From Dehalococcoidia bacterium (GTDB lineage Bacteria > Chloroflexota > Dehalococcoidia > GIF9 > UBA5629): a stretch of 64,000 bases of DNA. Position 1 is the stretch's first letter. Each line of letters starts with the position of its first letter. The position numbers were made by a program, and so were the translations under genes. Below are positions 27,330-38,563 of this stretch, piece by piece. Location: contig JBEKIW010000002.1 in assembly GCA_050011565.1 (NCBI GenBank), forward strand, positions 1 to 64,000, read 5' to 3'. The notes below the pieces were generated by a model, which saw only the letters and a program-made list of their open reading frames with translations, did not search any database and was not told the origin of the DNA.

Positions 27330-28535
27330 CTACAAAATCGGACGCTCTTCCAGCGGCTTAAAGACTATGCCTGATTCCACACCGGGCAAGGGGGCCACAG
27401 GCTCAGTCAGCAGAAACTCACCTTTTTTAATCCACTCTTTCAAAATGCCGGCTATTTTCACCGCCCCCGGATAGCTGGATAGAGAAGCAGTGGGGACTTC
27501 CTGCCGCTGAATTTTTACCATACCGCTCTTGAGTTCAGCGTAGCTGACCTCTGCCAGAACGTCGGGTTTTCTCTGCGGATAAGCTTCAGCATAGTCAATG
27601 ACAGGCGTAAAAATCTCGCTGTCCGTCACCATTGTATAGCGGAGTATCTCCTCAGATAGAATAGGTATCGGTACCCCGATGCCTACAGTCATGGTGCAGC
27701 CATAACCCAAGAAACTTGTGCCAACTAACCATTCGGGTTTCATTTGCTTCAAGTCTCCGATAACGGCTAATGTCCCAGCCCCTCTCTTCGGAACACCATT
27801 ATCTCCTCTCAGGACATTAGGATTATGCTGTGTTCCCTGCCAGGCAACGAAGCCGATGCCGCCACCCAGAAATATCCTGGTGCCGATGCCGATAGTTTTA
27901 TAATATGGGTCATTAAATAGCGGAGAGAGCTGACCGGATGTAGAGTAATTGGCATTGCCCATCTTCGGTTTGAGCACCCCCATATAGGTATAAATGGTCC
28001 GGTCAGACAGGTTCACCGCCACATTGTAATTCTGGTAGGCGTTCCTGACATTGAATAAAACCGCCTCATTCATGTCCTTGATATTAATCAATGTCTCAAG
28101 CTTCCGTCTGGGGTAGCAATCGGTGCCATAGGCTGTAGCCACCAGTCTGACGTCTTTTCCGGCCACAAGTTCCTCGATTACGTGTCCGCCGCCGTATCTG
28201 AACTCACCGGGATAGATTCTATTCTTTGGGTCGTCATCAGGCAGAGCCGTTGCCCCCAGGAAGATATCTACGGCAGCTATTCCGGTATAGGCGGGCACAT
28301 CATTTAGATAGACCTTGCCACCGCCGAGCTTAATCCTCGGCTTGGTATGCCCGACGTTAAAATAAGCGCCTGAGGAGCACATTGGGCCGAAGGTACCGGT
28401 AGTCACCACGTCGATTTCTTTAGCCGCCTGGCTGACACCTTTTTTCTTGGCTATATCGATTATTTCCTCGGCAGTAACTACTACCGCCTGACCTTTTTTG
28501 ATTTTTTCATTAATTTCAGCAATAGTTTTTGCCAT
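27330..28535 (-). CDS. L-aspartate semialdehyde sulfurtransferase (DUF39 homocysteine biosynthesis protein), no CBS domains
   Basis: DVVTTGTFGPMCSSG, YGGGHVIE, TDCYP, RNAYQNY, GQLSPL.NDP. Confidence 0.92.
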   Translation of the reverse strand: MAKTIAEINEKIKKGQAVVVTAEEIIDIAKKKGVSQAAKEIDVVTTGTFGPMCSSGAYFNVGHTKPRIKLGGGKVYLNDVPAYTGIAAVDIFLGATALPDDDPKNRIYPGEFRYGGGHVIEELVAGKDVRLVATAYGTDCYPRRKLETLINIKDMNEAVLFNVRNAYQNYNVAVNLSDRTIYTYMGVLKPKMGNANYSTSGQLSPLFNDPYYKTIGIGTRIFLGGGIGFVAWQGTQHNPNVLRGDNGVPKRGAGTLAVIGDLKQMKPEWLVGTSFLGYGCTMTVGIGVPIPILSEEILRYTMVTDSEIFTPVIDYAEAYPQRKPDVLAEVSYAELKSGMVKIQRQEVPTASLSSYPGAVKIAGILKEWIKKGEFLLTEPVAPLPGVESGIVFKPLEERPIL

Positions 28536-28548
28536 ATTTCCTCACCCC

Positions 28549-29319
28549 CTATGGCTTAGTTTTCTTGAGCAAGTCCATAGCCAGCTTGGCAGCTTTTCTG
28601 CCCGACAGCAGCATTCCGCCGAAGATTGCCCCCATCCTCGGACCGCCGAAGACAGCGTTGGCTGCCATGCCGGTCACCAGTAGTCCGGGGCAAACCTGTT
28701 TGGTGTTATTAATAATCTCTTTTTCACCGAGTTCTGCCCACATTGACTTCTCACCACAAACCACCACCCCGGTTCCAGTTTTTCTGCCCACTATGCGGCA
28801 GACCTCGGCATCGTGGCCCGTGGCATCTATTACCAGCTTAGACCTTATCGCCAGCGGGTCGACGTGCAGGTTTGCCAGAGATACAGCGCTCCAGTTAAGC
28901 ACCAGGCCGGTTATTCTATCGTTCTCACGAATCATCACGTCCTCGACGCTCAGCAAATTGAATATCCTGACTCCGGCATTTATGCATCGGGAGCAGAGCG
29001 TTGACACCGCCTCAACGGCATCGGCGATATAATATCCTTTTTCGTATTGCTTAGCCGAAATGCCCAGCTCATCCAGAATCCCTTTCGCCTCACTCTGAAC
29101 CACAATGCGGTTAAACATCATGCCGCCACCCCACATGCCGCCACCAACGCTCAGCTTCCTCTCAAAGATAGCTACCTTCACCTTATTTTTAGCTAGATAG
29201 TAACCGGCAACCATACCTGATGGCCCGGCGCCGGCTATAGCTACATCTAACTCCGTAGAATCAAGCAAGTCTTTCAGATAGCTCTCGGTTATCGCCTTAG
29301 TTATAATTACTTCATCCAT
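28549..29319 (-). CDS. thi4: Sulfide-dependent thiazole synthase
   Basis: [19 protein letters not shown] (His where suicide enzymes have Cys), [16 protein letters not shown]; start MDEV after GGGAGG. Confidence 0.95.
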   Translation of the reverse strand: MDEVIITKAITESYLKDLLDSTELDVAIAGAGPSGMVAGYYLAKNKVKVAIFERKLSVGGGMWGGGMMFNRIVVQSEAKGILDELGISAKQYEKGYYIADAVEAVSTLCSRCINAGVRIFNLLSVEDVMIRENDRITGLVLNWSAVSLANLHVDPLAIRSKLVIDATGHDAEVCRIVGRKTGTGVVVCGEKSMWAELGEKEIINNTKQVCPGLLVTGMAANAVFGGPRMGAIFGGMLLSGRKAAKLAMDLLKKTKP

Positions 29320-29329
29320 ATCGACCTCC

Positions 29330-30586
29330 CTAAGCGACTTCTTTGAGCAATTCCACAAGTGCCGCCGGTCCCAGAGTCTCTTGCTCGCCGGTCATCATAT
29401 TCCGCAAAGTCACCGCACCGCTTTTCACCTCATCCTCGCCGATAATTGCCGCGTAATTACTGCCCAGGCTATTAGCCAGTCTCAACTGACCCTTCAGACT
29501 TCTGTCGCCGGTAGCCATTACCGCCGCAATGCCATTCTCACGTAGAACTGAAGCCAGTTTCATCGCTTCCAGCTTGGCTTCATTTCCCAGATGGGCAACA
29601 AAAACCGGCGGCGCCGTCAAATCAGGCACAGCGATTTTTTGCTTCTTCAAACTTAGCACAACCCGCTCCATACCAGCGGCAAAGCCGATAGCCGACGTGG
29701 GCTTGCCGCCCAGTTCCTCGATAAGGTCATCGTACCGTCCACCGCCACCGAGAGCACTTTGAGCGCCTTCTCCTAGAGGTTGAATCTCAAACACCGTCTT
29801 AGTGTAATAATCCAGGCCGCGCACCAGCCTGTGGTTCAGCTCGAAGGGAAGCTTCAAGGCTTCAAGATATCCCACAACAGTTTCAAAATGTGCCAGGCAC
29901 TCCCGGCAGAGAAAATCAATGCTCTTTGGAGCCGCTTCCGCTACACCATAGCAGGAAGGTTTCTTGCAATCCAGCAAACGCAGCGGATTCTTTTCAAACC
30001 TGGATTTACAATCGGGACACAGGCCGGTCAGATGGTCGGAATAATAGCTCTTCAAGCTCTCTAAATACCTGGGTCGGCACGCCTTACACCCTATGCTATT
30101 AAGGTACAGGTAAAGGCCGCTAATGCCCAATGCTTCAAAAAACTGCCATGCCATCTCGACAACTTCGGCATCCAGAGCCGGGTCGCTGTCGCCCACAGCC
30201 TCAAAGCCGAACTGGTAATGCTGCCGGTATCGTCCCGACTGCGGCCGCTCGTACCTGAAGATGGCAGCCAGGTAATAAAGCTTCACCGGTTGCGGCAAAT
30301 TGTCCATGCCGTGTTCGAGATATGCCCGACACACCGGTGCCGTGCCCTCAGGTCTTAAAGCCAGGACATTGCCGCTCCTGTCCTCGAAGGTATACATCTC
30401 CTTGGTAACGATATCGGTGCCTTCGCCTATACTTCGGGTAAAGAGCTGAAAGTCTTCGAAAGCAGGCGTATCGAGTCGCTGGTACCCATAGAGCCGGCAC
30501 AGGGCAATGGCGCTGGCCTCCACAAATCTCCAGTAACCCTGCTCTTCTGGTAAAATATCGGCGGTACCTCTAGGCGCTTTGTACAA
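29330..30586 (-). CDS. hisS: Histidyl-tRNA synthetase
   Basis: [39 protein letters not shown]. Confidence 0.97.
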   Translation of the reverse strand: MYKAPRGTADILPEEQGYWRFVEASAIALCRLYGYQRLDTPAFEDFQLFTRSIGEGTDIVTKEMYTFEDRSGNVLALRPEGTAPVCRAYLEHGMDNLPQPVKLYYLAAIFRYERPQSGRYRQHYQFGFEAVGDSDPALDAEVVEMAWQFFEALGISGLYLYLNSIGCKACRPRYLESLKSYYSDHLTGLCPDCKSRFEKNPLRLLDCKKPSCYGVAEAAPKSIDFLCRECLAHFETVVGYLEALKLPFELNHRLVRGLDYYTKTVFEIQPLGEGAQSALGGGGRYDDLIEELGGKPTSAIGFAAGMERVVLSLKKQKIAVPDLTAPPVFVAHLGNEAKLEAMKLASVLRENGIAAVMATGDRSLKGQLRLANSLGSNYAAIIGEDEVKSGAVTLRNMMTGEQETLGPAALVELLKEVA

Positions 30587-30680
30587 AAAGGTCTTCCTCC
30601 CTCAGAAGCTACATTATAGCAGATAGATTCACCAAAGACATGCTTAATATGTATACGAACTTAAAGGGAGACAGATACTT

Positions 30681-30818
30681 TAAATCCTAAATCCCACGCT
30701 TCAAATCCCAAACAACATCAAAATTCCAATTCTCCAAATTCGAAACGCACGTTTTTTGATGATGGGGATTTATGTCTTTGAATTTGTTTAGTGCTCAGGA
30801 ATTAGAATTTGGGGTTTT
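30681..30818. repeat. Degenerate palindromic heptamer-repeat element
   Basis: Left arm of TAAATCC/CAAATCC/CAAACAA units; right arm of complementary GAATTTG/TTTGTTTAG/GAATTAG units. Confidence 0.6.
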
Positions 30819-30831
30819 TACTTCTTAGATA

Positions 30832-30926
30832 TCATCTGTCCACAGATGACGCTGCGTGGTGGTCACTCGAAGGTGAGTGACACGTATTCTATTTGCCTCG
30901 GGTAGATTGGAGCATCTGCTCCAATC
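30832..30926. repeat. Three consecutive perfect short palindromes
   Basis: TCATCTGT-N2-ACAGATGA; GTCACTC-N6-GAGTGAC; GATTGGAGCA-N2-TGCTCCAATC. Confidence 0.7.
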
Positions 30927-30958
30927 GTCCACACGATATACAGTATTTGAGCTATAAG

Positions 30959-31756
30959 CTATTTGCCTTTCCAGTGCGGCTCTCTTTTCTCAAAGAAGGA
31001 CTTGATGCCTTCCTGGAAATCCTCGGTCTTGCAGCTAAGCTGGAAAGCATAACGTGTTGCCTCCCAATGGGCTTCCAGGGAACGCTCCAGACCCGTGTAC
31101 ATGAGCTGCTTGGCCATTTGCACTGCCCGAGGTGCTCCTCGCTGCATCTTTTTCGCCATTGCCATAGCGGCTGTCACGAGTTGCTCATCGGGAACGACCT
31201 GGCTGACCAGGCCAATTCTTAGCATTTCCTGCGCATTGATAATTTCTCCGGAAAATACAAGTTCGCAAGCCTTCGATAGGCCGACTATTCGGGGCAGCAG
31301 ATAAGTCCCGGCACCGGTATCCGGGGTCATGCCCCTTAACACAAACACCTGCCCGAACCTGGCGCTTTCAGCGGCAATCCTGATATCGCAATGAAGAGCA
31401 AATTCCGATGCAATGCCTACTGCGGCACCATTGATGGCGCATATAGTCGGCTTAGGTATGCTATTGAAATACCACAGCGACTGGCGATATTCAGTGGAAT
31501 TCTTTTGCTTCATATGCTGTATTTCTATTTCAGACATTATCGGGACCGGGTCAGAGATATCCGTGCCCGCCGAGAACGCCCTGCCCTTTCCAGTCAGAAT
31601 CATAACCCTTACCTTATCATCATTTTTAACTTCTTCTATAAGTTCTGCCAACCTTCTCAGCATGGCGTGCGTTATGGCGTTTAGTTTTTCAGGCCGGTTC
31701 AAGGTAATAATTCCGACGCCGTCTTTCTTTTCGAATAGTACGTGCTCTTCAGACAT
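30959..31756 (-). CDS. Enoyl-CoA hydratase/isomerase family protein
   Basis: ITLNRPEKLNA, AFSAGTDI, KPTICAING, CDIRIA, EKREPHWKG. Confidence 0.93.
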   Translation of the reverse strand: MSEEHVLFEKKDGVGIITLNRPEKLNAITHAMLRRLAELIEEVKNDDKVRVMILTGKGRAFSAGTDISDPVPIMSEIEIQHMKQKNSTEYRQSLWYFNSIPKPTICAINGAAVGIASEFALHCDIRIAAESARFGQVFVLRGMTPDTGAGTYLLPRIVGLSKACELVFSGEIINAQEMLRIGLVSQVVPDEQLVTAAMAMAKKMQRGAPRAVQMAKQLMYTGLERSLEAHWEATRYAFQLSCKTEDFQEGIKSFFEKREPHWKGK

Positions 31757-31912
31757 ATTAACCTCCTGTAAAATAAATATTATGAGTTGTCGTACAGCTA
31801 CACAATTGTAACATAAAAGGGGTCAGGTTCAGGTAGTTTGTAGCGCCTGTAGTCAGCCGGTTAACGGCTCGTGGTCACTACCCCACAAGGGTTAGATGTA
31901 CAGTCTCTTCGA

Positions 31913-32971
31913 TTAGACGCGGAAATCGGCAACGACGGAGCTGTGGTCGGAAGCCTCCGTCAGCCGCCCGGTCACAGTATCGTAGTGCGGCCATTTCTTT
32001 GCGGAAAACATGCCCCGCCGCTCGACATAAATATTCTGCAAACAAGCTTTAAGTGAATCTGATACAAGCAGGTAATCCAGTTGGTCTTTTCCTGTCCGAT
32101 AGGTACCCCGCTGAGACGCCTCCAGCTCGAGATTGACATTGTATAGTCCCTTTTTCTCAAGCAGCGGCGACAGCGACGGACTGTCCGCCGGAGAGTTAAA
32201 ATCCCCGGCAACGACAACATATTCTTGCTGCAGATTATGCTCATCAACCAGTTCGGCTACTCGCTCTACCTGCCCTCTGCGGCGCCGGTTGCTCTGAGGG
32301 TCGTTCGCTGGACTGTATCCCATCGATTTGAAGTGATTCACCATCAGGTGAAGCAGTTTTTCCCCTGACAACTTAATCTGCGCCTCCAGGCAGTCACGAG
32401 AGAAAGTCGGCATCGGTTGGTCGTTGTACGTCGTTTTTTCATTTATATGGCTGCATAGCCATAGCACAGGCAAGCGGGACATTAAGGACACATCTATACC
32501 GCGTTCATCATTGCCATCGATAAGTAATATATATTCGTAGCCCGATTTGCCTGCCGGCTGGAGAAACTGTTTTAGCAGCAAGTCGTCATGGAACTTCTGT
32601 AGTGCCTGCCGGTTTTCCACCTCGATCAGGCATATTACATCAGCGTTGATGTCGCTGATTACCCTGGCGGTGTTTTCCACGGCAGCATCGTCAACCTTGT
32701 CGCGGGTGAGTTCAACCCAGCCCAGCCACTCTCCGACACCCGCTGCAGTACTGTGTTTGCCGCGTACATCGTTGATGGTGGCAAAGCCGCTTAGCTTCTT
32801 CTTTAACTCGTCAATTCGGTTGTGGTCGAATACTTCTTTACTTAGTTCTGCTTGAAGAAGCGAAACATAGCCGAGCAGTTCCAGTGACTTCTCCTTTTTC
32901 TCGCCGAAGATTCGCGGCCTGCTGAAGAGGTTTTCACAATTGAAGGTTGCTATACGTAGGTTATTTGCCAT
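31913..32971 (-). CDS. Endonuclease/exonuclease/phosphatase (EEP) family protein
   Basis: ATFNCENLF, EVE, GNDERGIDV, NHFKS, GDFN, LDY, SDH; start MANN after a purine-rich RBS. Confidence 0.9.
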   Translation of the reverse strand: MANNLRIATFNCENLFSRPRIFGEKKEKSLELLGYVSLLQAELSKEVFDHNRIDELKKKLSGFATINDVRGKHSTAAGVGEWLGWVELTRDKVDDAAVENTARVISDINADVICLIEVENRQALQKFHDDLLLKQFLQPAGKSGYEYILLIDGNDERGIDVSLMSRLPVLWLCSHINEKTTYNDQPMPTFSRDCLEAQIKLSGEKLLHLMVNHFKSMGYSPANDPQSNRRRRGQVERVAELVDEHNLQQEYVVVAGDFNSPADSPSLSPLLEKKGLYNVNLELEASQRGTYRTGKDQLDYLLVSDSLKACLQNIYVERRGMFSAKKWPHYDTVTGRLTEASDHSSVVADFRV

Positions 32972-33250
32972 TTTCCCTTCCTCTCTTCCAATGCGCCGTC
33001 TCTGCCCCCTTTGCAACGTCGGCAACACCTTCAGTCTAGTTCTTATGCGAAGACTTGTCAATAGGCACAGCCGAAATTCTGTAACTGCCGCAACCTTATT
33101 GTCTGCGTGTGTTTCTATATATTCCCCATTACTTTGGAGGCAATTGTCGTATTGACCGGACTTGAGCAAAGGAGTAGGATACATTTGGTAGGGCATTTTT
33201 TGACAGATAGGCAGGGGGATAACTATTGCGAATCATAAGGGAGGATTGAG

Positions 33251-33757
33251 ATGGTTACTGCAGAGGTTTTGAAGGGATTTGAGCTCTTCAAAGGGCTGGC
33301 TGAAGACAGCCTGGCCAAAATCGCCGAACTCTGTCAGCTCTGTGCCATGCATGAAGGCGACCGTATTTTTGCGGAGGACACCAAGGCCAGAGACGTACAT
33401 CTATGCCGCAGCGGCAAGGTTGATATCTTGATCTGGGTGGGGCAGCCGTGGAACAGGAACATCGCAGTTCACCGCGCCGTGCCGGGAGAAGTATTCGGCT
33501 GGTCTGCTCTGGTAGCGCCTTACATCTATACTGCGTCTGCCGAGTGTGTGGAATCCGGAGAGGAAATTCGCCTTAAGGGCTCCGAATTGTTGACTGTGTT
33601 CGGTCAGAATCCTCTTATGGGATACACAATAATGGAGAATCTCAGTGCCAACGTCAGTCTCAGGTTAACACAGACGAGACAAAGATTAGTCGCCGAATGG
33701 ATGGGTTCGGCGTGGCCCTCGAATTCCAGTGCCTGGGGAGAACCCGGCAAAAGGTAG
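33251..33757 (+). CDS. Stand-alone cyclic-nucleotide-binding (Crp-type) domain protein, no HTH
   Basis: GEVFGWSALV..YTASA; GGGAGG RBS. Confidence 0.85.
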   Translation: MVTAEVLKGFELFKGLAEDSLAKIAELCQLCAMHEGDRIFAEDTKARDVHLCRSGKVDILIWVGQPWNRNIAVHRAVPGEVFGWSALVAPYIYTASAECVESGEEIRLKGSELLTVFGQNPLMGYTIMENLSANVSLRLTQTRQRLVAEWMGSAWPSNSSAWGEPGKR

Positions 33758-33827
33758 TACGGATAACGCTATTTGCGCCTTCTTAGGAATTTATATTGGT
33801 CACCCTGTATATTGCAGACTGCTTCAG

Positions 33828-35783
33828 CTAAATGTGCGCGCTAATCCCAATGGCCGCCAGGTCAGCAAAGGCTTCCAACAGCCGGAACTGTTCGATAGTA
33901 ATCGGTCCCGCGCTGTCAGAGAACCATATTCCCATGACTCCTATGGCTCCCTTCGTGGTATTCAGCGGCAAATATCGTGCTTTAGCATCCGGGATTGTAT
34001 CAGTCCCGTATCCAGCGGCTTTTTGATTTTGGAAAGCCCAAACAGCTATTGCCACATCATTTTCTTTTATCGTAATTTTCGGTTTCTGAGCGTATGGCCT
34101 GAGTTTCCCCTTATTCTGAGTGTCAGGTAAAAAAATCACTACGTCGCCTCCAAACGTCTCCTTCACATGTTTGACGATGACATTTAATGTGTTATCCAGT
34201 CCGGAGCTAGCAGCCAGGTCTCGACTAAGAGCATATAAGGTAGCCGTCTCGGACTCGCGACGTCGCGCTGCTTTAATCTGGTTGCGAACCCGTGCCGTTA
34301 GCAAGCTGATAACCACACCTACTGCGAGCAATGCAATGAAGGTGAAAAGATATTGCGCATCGGCTACGGCGAATGAGACGGTTGGCGGGACGAAAAAGAA
34401 ATCAAAAGCTAACACACCTAGCAAAGAGACGAAAATTGATGGGCCAAATCCAAAGTAAACGGCCGAGATAATAACGCTAATAAGATAGAGCATAAACAGG
34501 TTAGTGGGGTCGAAAAAGGGGCGCAATAGCTCTCCAATTAAAGTGGCTACAATGACTAGCGCCAGTCCCTTGAGGTAGCCCCACCACCACTGCGTGGGCT
34601 GTGCGGCCGGCAAATTTTCTGGCGGCGCCGGCTCAGCCTTGCTACCCACAATATAGACATCAATATTCTCGCTTTGGCGAATTAGCTGGTCGGCCACTGA
34701 CCCTCGCAGCAATTCCAGCCATCGGCTACGCTCCGGTCTACCGACGACCACTTTACTGATATTATGCGCGTTTGCATATTCGACTACTGTCGCTGCCACA
34801 GAGTCTCCTTGAAGCTTCAGTACCTTAGCGCCAAGTCGCTCAGCCAGCCGCAATGTAGCCTCTAATCTATCCCGCTGCGCCGATGATAACGGAATGATGC
34901 CCGGCGTCTCGACATATACAGCAAACCATTCTGCATCCAACTGTGAAGCCAGAATTCTTCCGTTGCGCACTAGACGGTTACCCAGAGGACCCGGGCCTAT
35001 ACAAACTAGAAGGCGCTCAGCCGCCGGCCAAGGCCCGCGGACAGCATGTGTCTGCATATAGACCTGCGCTTGCTTATCCACATGTTCAGCAGCAATCCGC
35101 ATGGTCACCTCACGTAGTGCTATAAGATTGCCTTTGCGGAAAAAGTCGTTTATGGCATGCGCTATCTGCTCCAGTACATAGACCTTGCCTTGCTTCAAGC
35201 GTTCCAATAGTTCATCGGGGGGCAGGTCAACCAACTTAATCTCTGCCGCCATGTCGACTATTGTGTCGGGAATCGTTTCACGCACCCAGACACCAGCAAT
35301 TTGCGCCACCGTATTCCTCATACTCTCCACATGCTGTATATTGAGGGTGGTATAAACATCGATTCCCGCCTCAAGCAGTTCTTCAACGTCCTGATAACGC
35401 TTAGGATGACGCGAACCGTGAGCATTAGTATGGGCAAGTTCATCCACTAGCACCAGTTGTGGCCGGCGTGCCAGTACGGCGTCCAGGTCCATTTCAGTAA
35501 GGTTAATGCCGTGGTACTCTATCTGCTTTCTTGGAATAATCTCCAGCCCCTTCAGCAATGCATCCGTTTCAGCCCGCCCATGCGTCTCCACTAAGCCGAC
35601 AACCAGGTCTATCTCGTTTTTCCGTCGTTGAGCGGCTTCCAGCATGGCATATGTTTTACCGACTCCAGCGGCATAACCGAGGAAGATGGTTAGCTTTCCC
35701 TGCTTCTTCTCTCGTTCCTCAGCTTTGATACGCGCTAGCAATTCATCGGGGCTGGGACGCTTCTCAGACATTTTATTTGTCAT
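33828..35783 (-). pseudogene. kdpD: KdpD sensor truncated after the GAF domain (frameshift, no histidine kinase)
   Basis: GYAAGVGKT, VDELAHTN, USP, 4 TM and GAF present; no H-box or HATPase; shifted frame reads RAHLAEA right after the break. Confidence 0.85.
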
Positions 35784-35829
35784 TCTAATTTCAAATCTTA
35801 TAATTTATTTTCGGCTAAATCCATTTTAT

Positions 35830-36405
35830 TTATTTCATTTGGTCCAGTGCTTGATTAAGCAGTAAAACGTTGACTCTGGGCTCACCCAAAATACCGAACT
35901 GGCGACCCTGGGTAAAACGGTCAATCAGTGCCAGGACCTGGGTTTCATTCAAGCCGCGCTCTCGAGCCACACGCGGAACCTGATAGAGTGCCGCCGCGAT
36001 ACTTATATGCGGGTCAAGTCCACTGGCAGAATAAGTTACCAAATCCACCGGGATAGGCTGTGTATTGTCCGGGTCGGCTGCCTTTAGTGCTTTAATCCGT
36101 TGTTGAATCCCATCCAGCAATGCCGGGTTCAACGGCCCGTAGTTTGAGCCCGAAGAGGACGCAGCATTATACAGAAATGGCGTGGTTGCTGAAGGACGAC
36201 CCCAGAAGTAACCGGCCTCATCAAACGGCTGACCTATAAGTTCGGAGCCAAGGTATTTGCCATCTTTGGATTCAATCAAGCTGCCATTTGCCTGATGATG
36301 AAAAACGACCTGAGAAATACCGGTCACTATCAAGGGATAAATTACTCCGGTAACGATAGTAAAGATAGCCAGAAATATTACGGCGCTCCGAAGCTGACGA
36401 CCCAT
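35830..36405 (-). CDS. kdpC: K+-transporting ATPase subunit C
   Basis: [35 protein letters not shown]. Confidence 0.96.
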   Translation of the reverse strand: MGRQLRSAVIFLAIFTIVTGVIYPLIVTGISQVVFHHQANGSLIESKDGKYLGSELIGQPFDEAGYFWGRPSATTPFLYNAASSSGSNYGPLNPALLDGIQQRIKALKAADPDNTQPIPVDLVTYSASGLDPHISIAAALYQVPRVARERGLNETQVLALIDRFTQGRQFGILGEPRVNVLLLNQALDQMK

Positions 36406-36430
36406 AAAGAAAAACTCCTGTTTGACTGTC

Positions 36431-38557
36431 CTATACCAATCTCAAAGCTACTAACAGCATATCGATTAATTTGATGGCGATAAATGGCATTATTAACCCC
36501 CCCACTCCATAAACTAGCAGATTATTGCGCAGGAGTCTGGCTGCGCCAACCGGCCGGTACGGCACGCCGCGCAAAGCCAGCGGAATTAGAGCGACTATAA
36601 TCAGTGCATTGAAAATCACTGCCGATAAAACGGCGCTTTCAGGTGTAGCCAGACGCATTAAGTTCAGTGCCAGCAACGAGGGGTAGGTGCTGGCAAATGC
36701 CGCTGGGATAATAGCGAAATACTTGGACACATCGTTAGCGATGCTGAACGTGGTCAAAGCCCCGCGTGTCATCAGCAGTTGCTTTCCAATCTCTACAACC
36801 TCAATCAACTTAGTCGGATTGCTATCCAGGTCAATCATGTTGGCAGCCTCTCGAGCCGGCTGTGTCCCGGTGTTCATAGCCACAGCTACGTCGGCCTGCG
36901 CCAATGCCGGAGCATCATTGGTGCCATCGCCGGTCATAGCCACCAACCTCCCGCCGGCCTGGTGTTTACGTATCAACTCAAGCTTGGCTTCAGGAGTAGC
37001 CTGCGCTAAAAAGTCATCTACTCCCGCCTCGGCGGCGATGGCGGCTGCCGTGAGCGGGTTATCTCCGGTAATCATCACTGTTTTGATGCCCATCTTTCTC
37101 ATGTGCGCAAACCGTTCCTTAATGCCGCCTTTGACGATATCTTTGAGATGGGTCACGCCCAGGGCTTCGCCATTTCGTGCAACCACTAAAGGTGTGCCAC
37201 CGGCACGAGCTATATCATCGACCAGTGCCTTCAATTCTGTCGGCACTGTCTTATCTTGCTTTTCTATATAAGCTATGATTGCATCGGCAGCGCCCTTGCG
37301 GATGCTTACTCCATCTATGTCCACACCACTCATGCGAGTTTGCGCCGAAAATGGGATAAAGTGCATGCCACCCGGCACGTCTTCACTTCTGCTGCCGCGC
37401 AGACCATACTTCTCTTTTGCCAGCAGAACTATGCTGCGACCTTCAGGTGTCTCGTCGACCAGCGAAGCCAGTTGTGCCGCCTCTGCTAGCTCGCGGTCGC
37501 TGATCCCGCCAACAGGTATGAACTCTACCGCCTGACGGTTGCCCAGAGTGATGGTACCCGTCTTGTCTAACAACAGAACATCCACATCACCAGCGGCCTC
37601 TACGGCACGGCCGGATAGTGCAATCACGTTGCGCCTGATCAGACGGTCCACTCCGGCAATTCCAATAGCCGGCAGCAAGCCTCCGATAGTTGTCGGGATA
37701 AGGCAGACCAGCAGCGCCACTATCACTGTCAGCGTAATCGGAGTTCCCTGTTGATTCACTTGGACGCTATACAGGGAGAATGGTAGCAATGTGGCGCAAA
37801 CGACGAGAAAGATAATCGTGAATGCGGCCAATAGGATATTAAGTGCGATCTCGTTGGGCGTTTTTTGGCGCTTTGCCCCTTCAACCAGGCTAATCATATG
37901 GTCGAGGAAGCCTTCGCCGGGATTGGCCGTAACACGTACCACCACCCAGTCCGATAATAAACGTGTCCCGCCGGTAACAGCACTTCTGTCGCCTCCAGAT
38001 TCCCGAATAACAGGCGCGCTTTCGCCGGTAACCGCACTCTCATCCACCAATGCCACGCCTTCAATCACTTCGCCATCAACCGGGATGATATCGCCAGCCT
38101 CCACTAGAAATGCATCATCTCGACGCAGAGCAGTGGAAAGCACAATATCATAGCTGGCTCCGTGTTTTGGTCGACTCAGCTTTTTAGACTGTGTTTCTCG
38201 GCGGGTACGTCGCAGTGCGTCAGCCTGCGCCTTGCCACGGGCTTCGGCAATGGCTTCGGAGTAGTTGGCGAAGAACACGGTAAGCCAAAGAAATAAGGCT
38301 ATAGCTCCTATGAAACCCGCTGTGTCCTCTCCATGCCCTAAGAGCGCCTGCACCCACAGGGCGGTGGTCAGAACACTGCCTACTTCGACTACGAACATGA
38401 CAGGGTTGCGCACCATGCTTCGCGGGTCAAGCTTTTTAAAGGCATCGGTGAATGCGCGGCGATAGAGCTGCCGTCTGGCACCGAGCTGCCTTTTCGGAGA
38501 TATTGCTTCCTTTTCAGGCGGCTGTGTTTGAAAATCGGATGGGTGATTAGTCGACAT
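36431..38557 (-). CDS. kdpB: K+-transporting P-type ATPase subunit B
   Basis: TGES, LIPTTIG, DKTGT, KGA, GDGTND. Confidence 0.97.
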   Translation of the reverse strand: MSTNHPSDFQTQPPEKEAISPKRQLGARRQLYRRAFTDAFKKLDPRSMVRNPVMFVVEVGSVLTTALWVQALLGHGEDTAGFIGAIALFLWLTVFFANYSEAIAEARGKAQADALRRTRRETQSKKLSRPKHGASYDIVLSTALRRDDAFLVEAGDIIPVDGEVIEGVALVDESAVTGESAPVIRESGGDRSAVTGGTRLLSDWVVVRVTANPGEGFLDHMISLVEGAKRQKTPNEIALNILLAAFTIIFLVVCATLLPFSLYSVQVNQQGTPITLTVIVALLVCLIPTTIGGLLPAIGIAGVDRLIRRNVIALSGRAVEAAGDVDVLLLDKTGTITLGNRQAVEFIPVGGISDRELAEAAQLASLVDETPEGRSIVLLAKEKYGLRGSRSEDVPGGMHFIPFSAQTRMSGVDIDGVSIRKGAADAIIAYIEKQDKTVPTELKALVDDIARAGGTPLVVARNGEALGVTHLKDIVKGGIKERFAHMRKMGIKTVMITGDNPLTAAAIAAEAGVDDFLAQATPEAKLELIRKHQAGGRLVAMTGDGTNDAPALAQADVAVAMNTGTQPAREAANMIDLDSNPTKLIEVVEIGKQLLMTRGALTTFSIANDVSKYFAIIPAAFASTYPSLLALNLMRLATPESAVLSAVIFNALIIVALIPLALRGVPYRPVGAARLLRNNLLVYGVGGLIMPFIAIKLIDMLLVALRLV

Positions 38558-38563
38558 AGTTCA

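Noticed and set aside
30681-30926. Possible CRISPR array
   Set aside because: No identical repeats with regular spacers and no cas genes
31830-31856. GTAG-containing short repeats as integrase arm sites
   Set aside because: Too short and irregular, with no integrase or att core
32972-33196. 75-aa N-terminal extension of the EEP ORF
   Set aside because: No domain-like character; the RBS and the domain start point to MANN at 32971
36687-38465. Long plus-strand ORFs opposite kdpB, and similar antisense ORFs opposite thi4, fdhD and others
   Set aside because: Shadow frames of conserved genes
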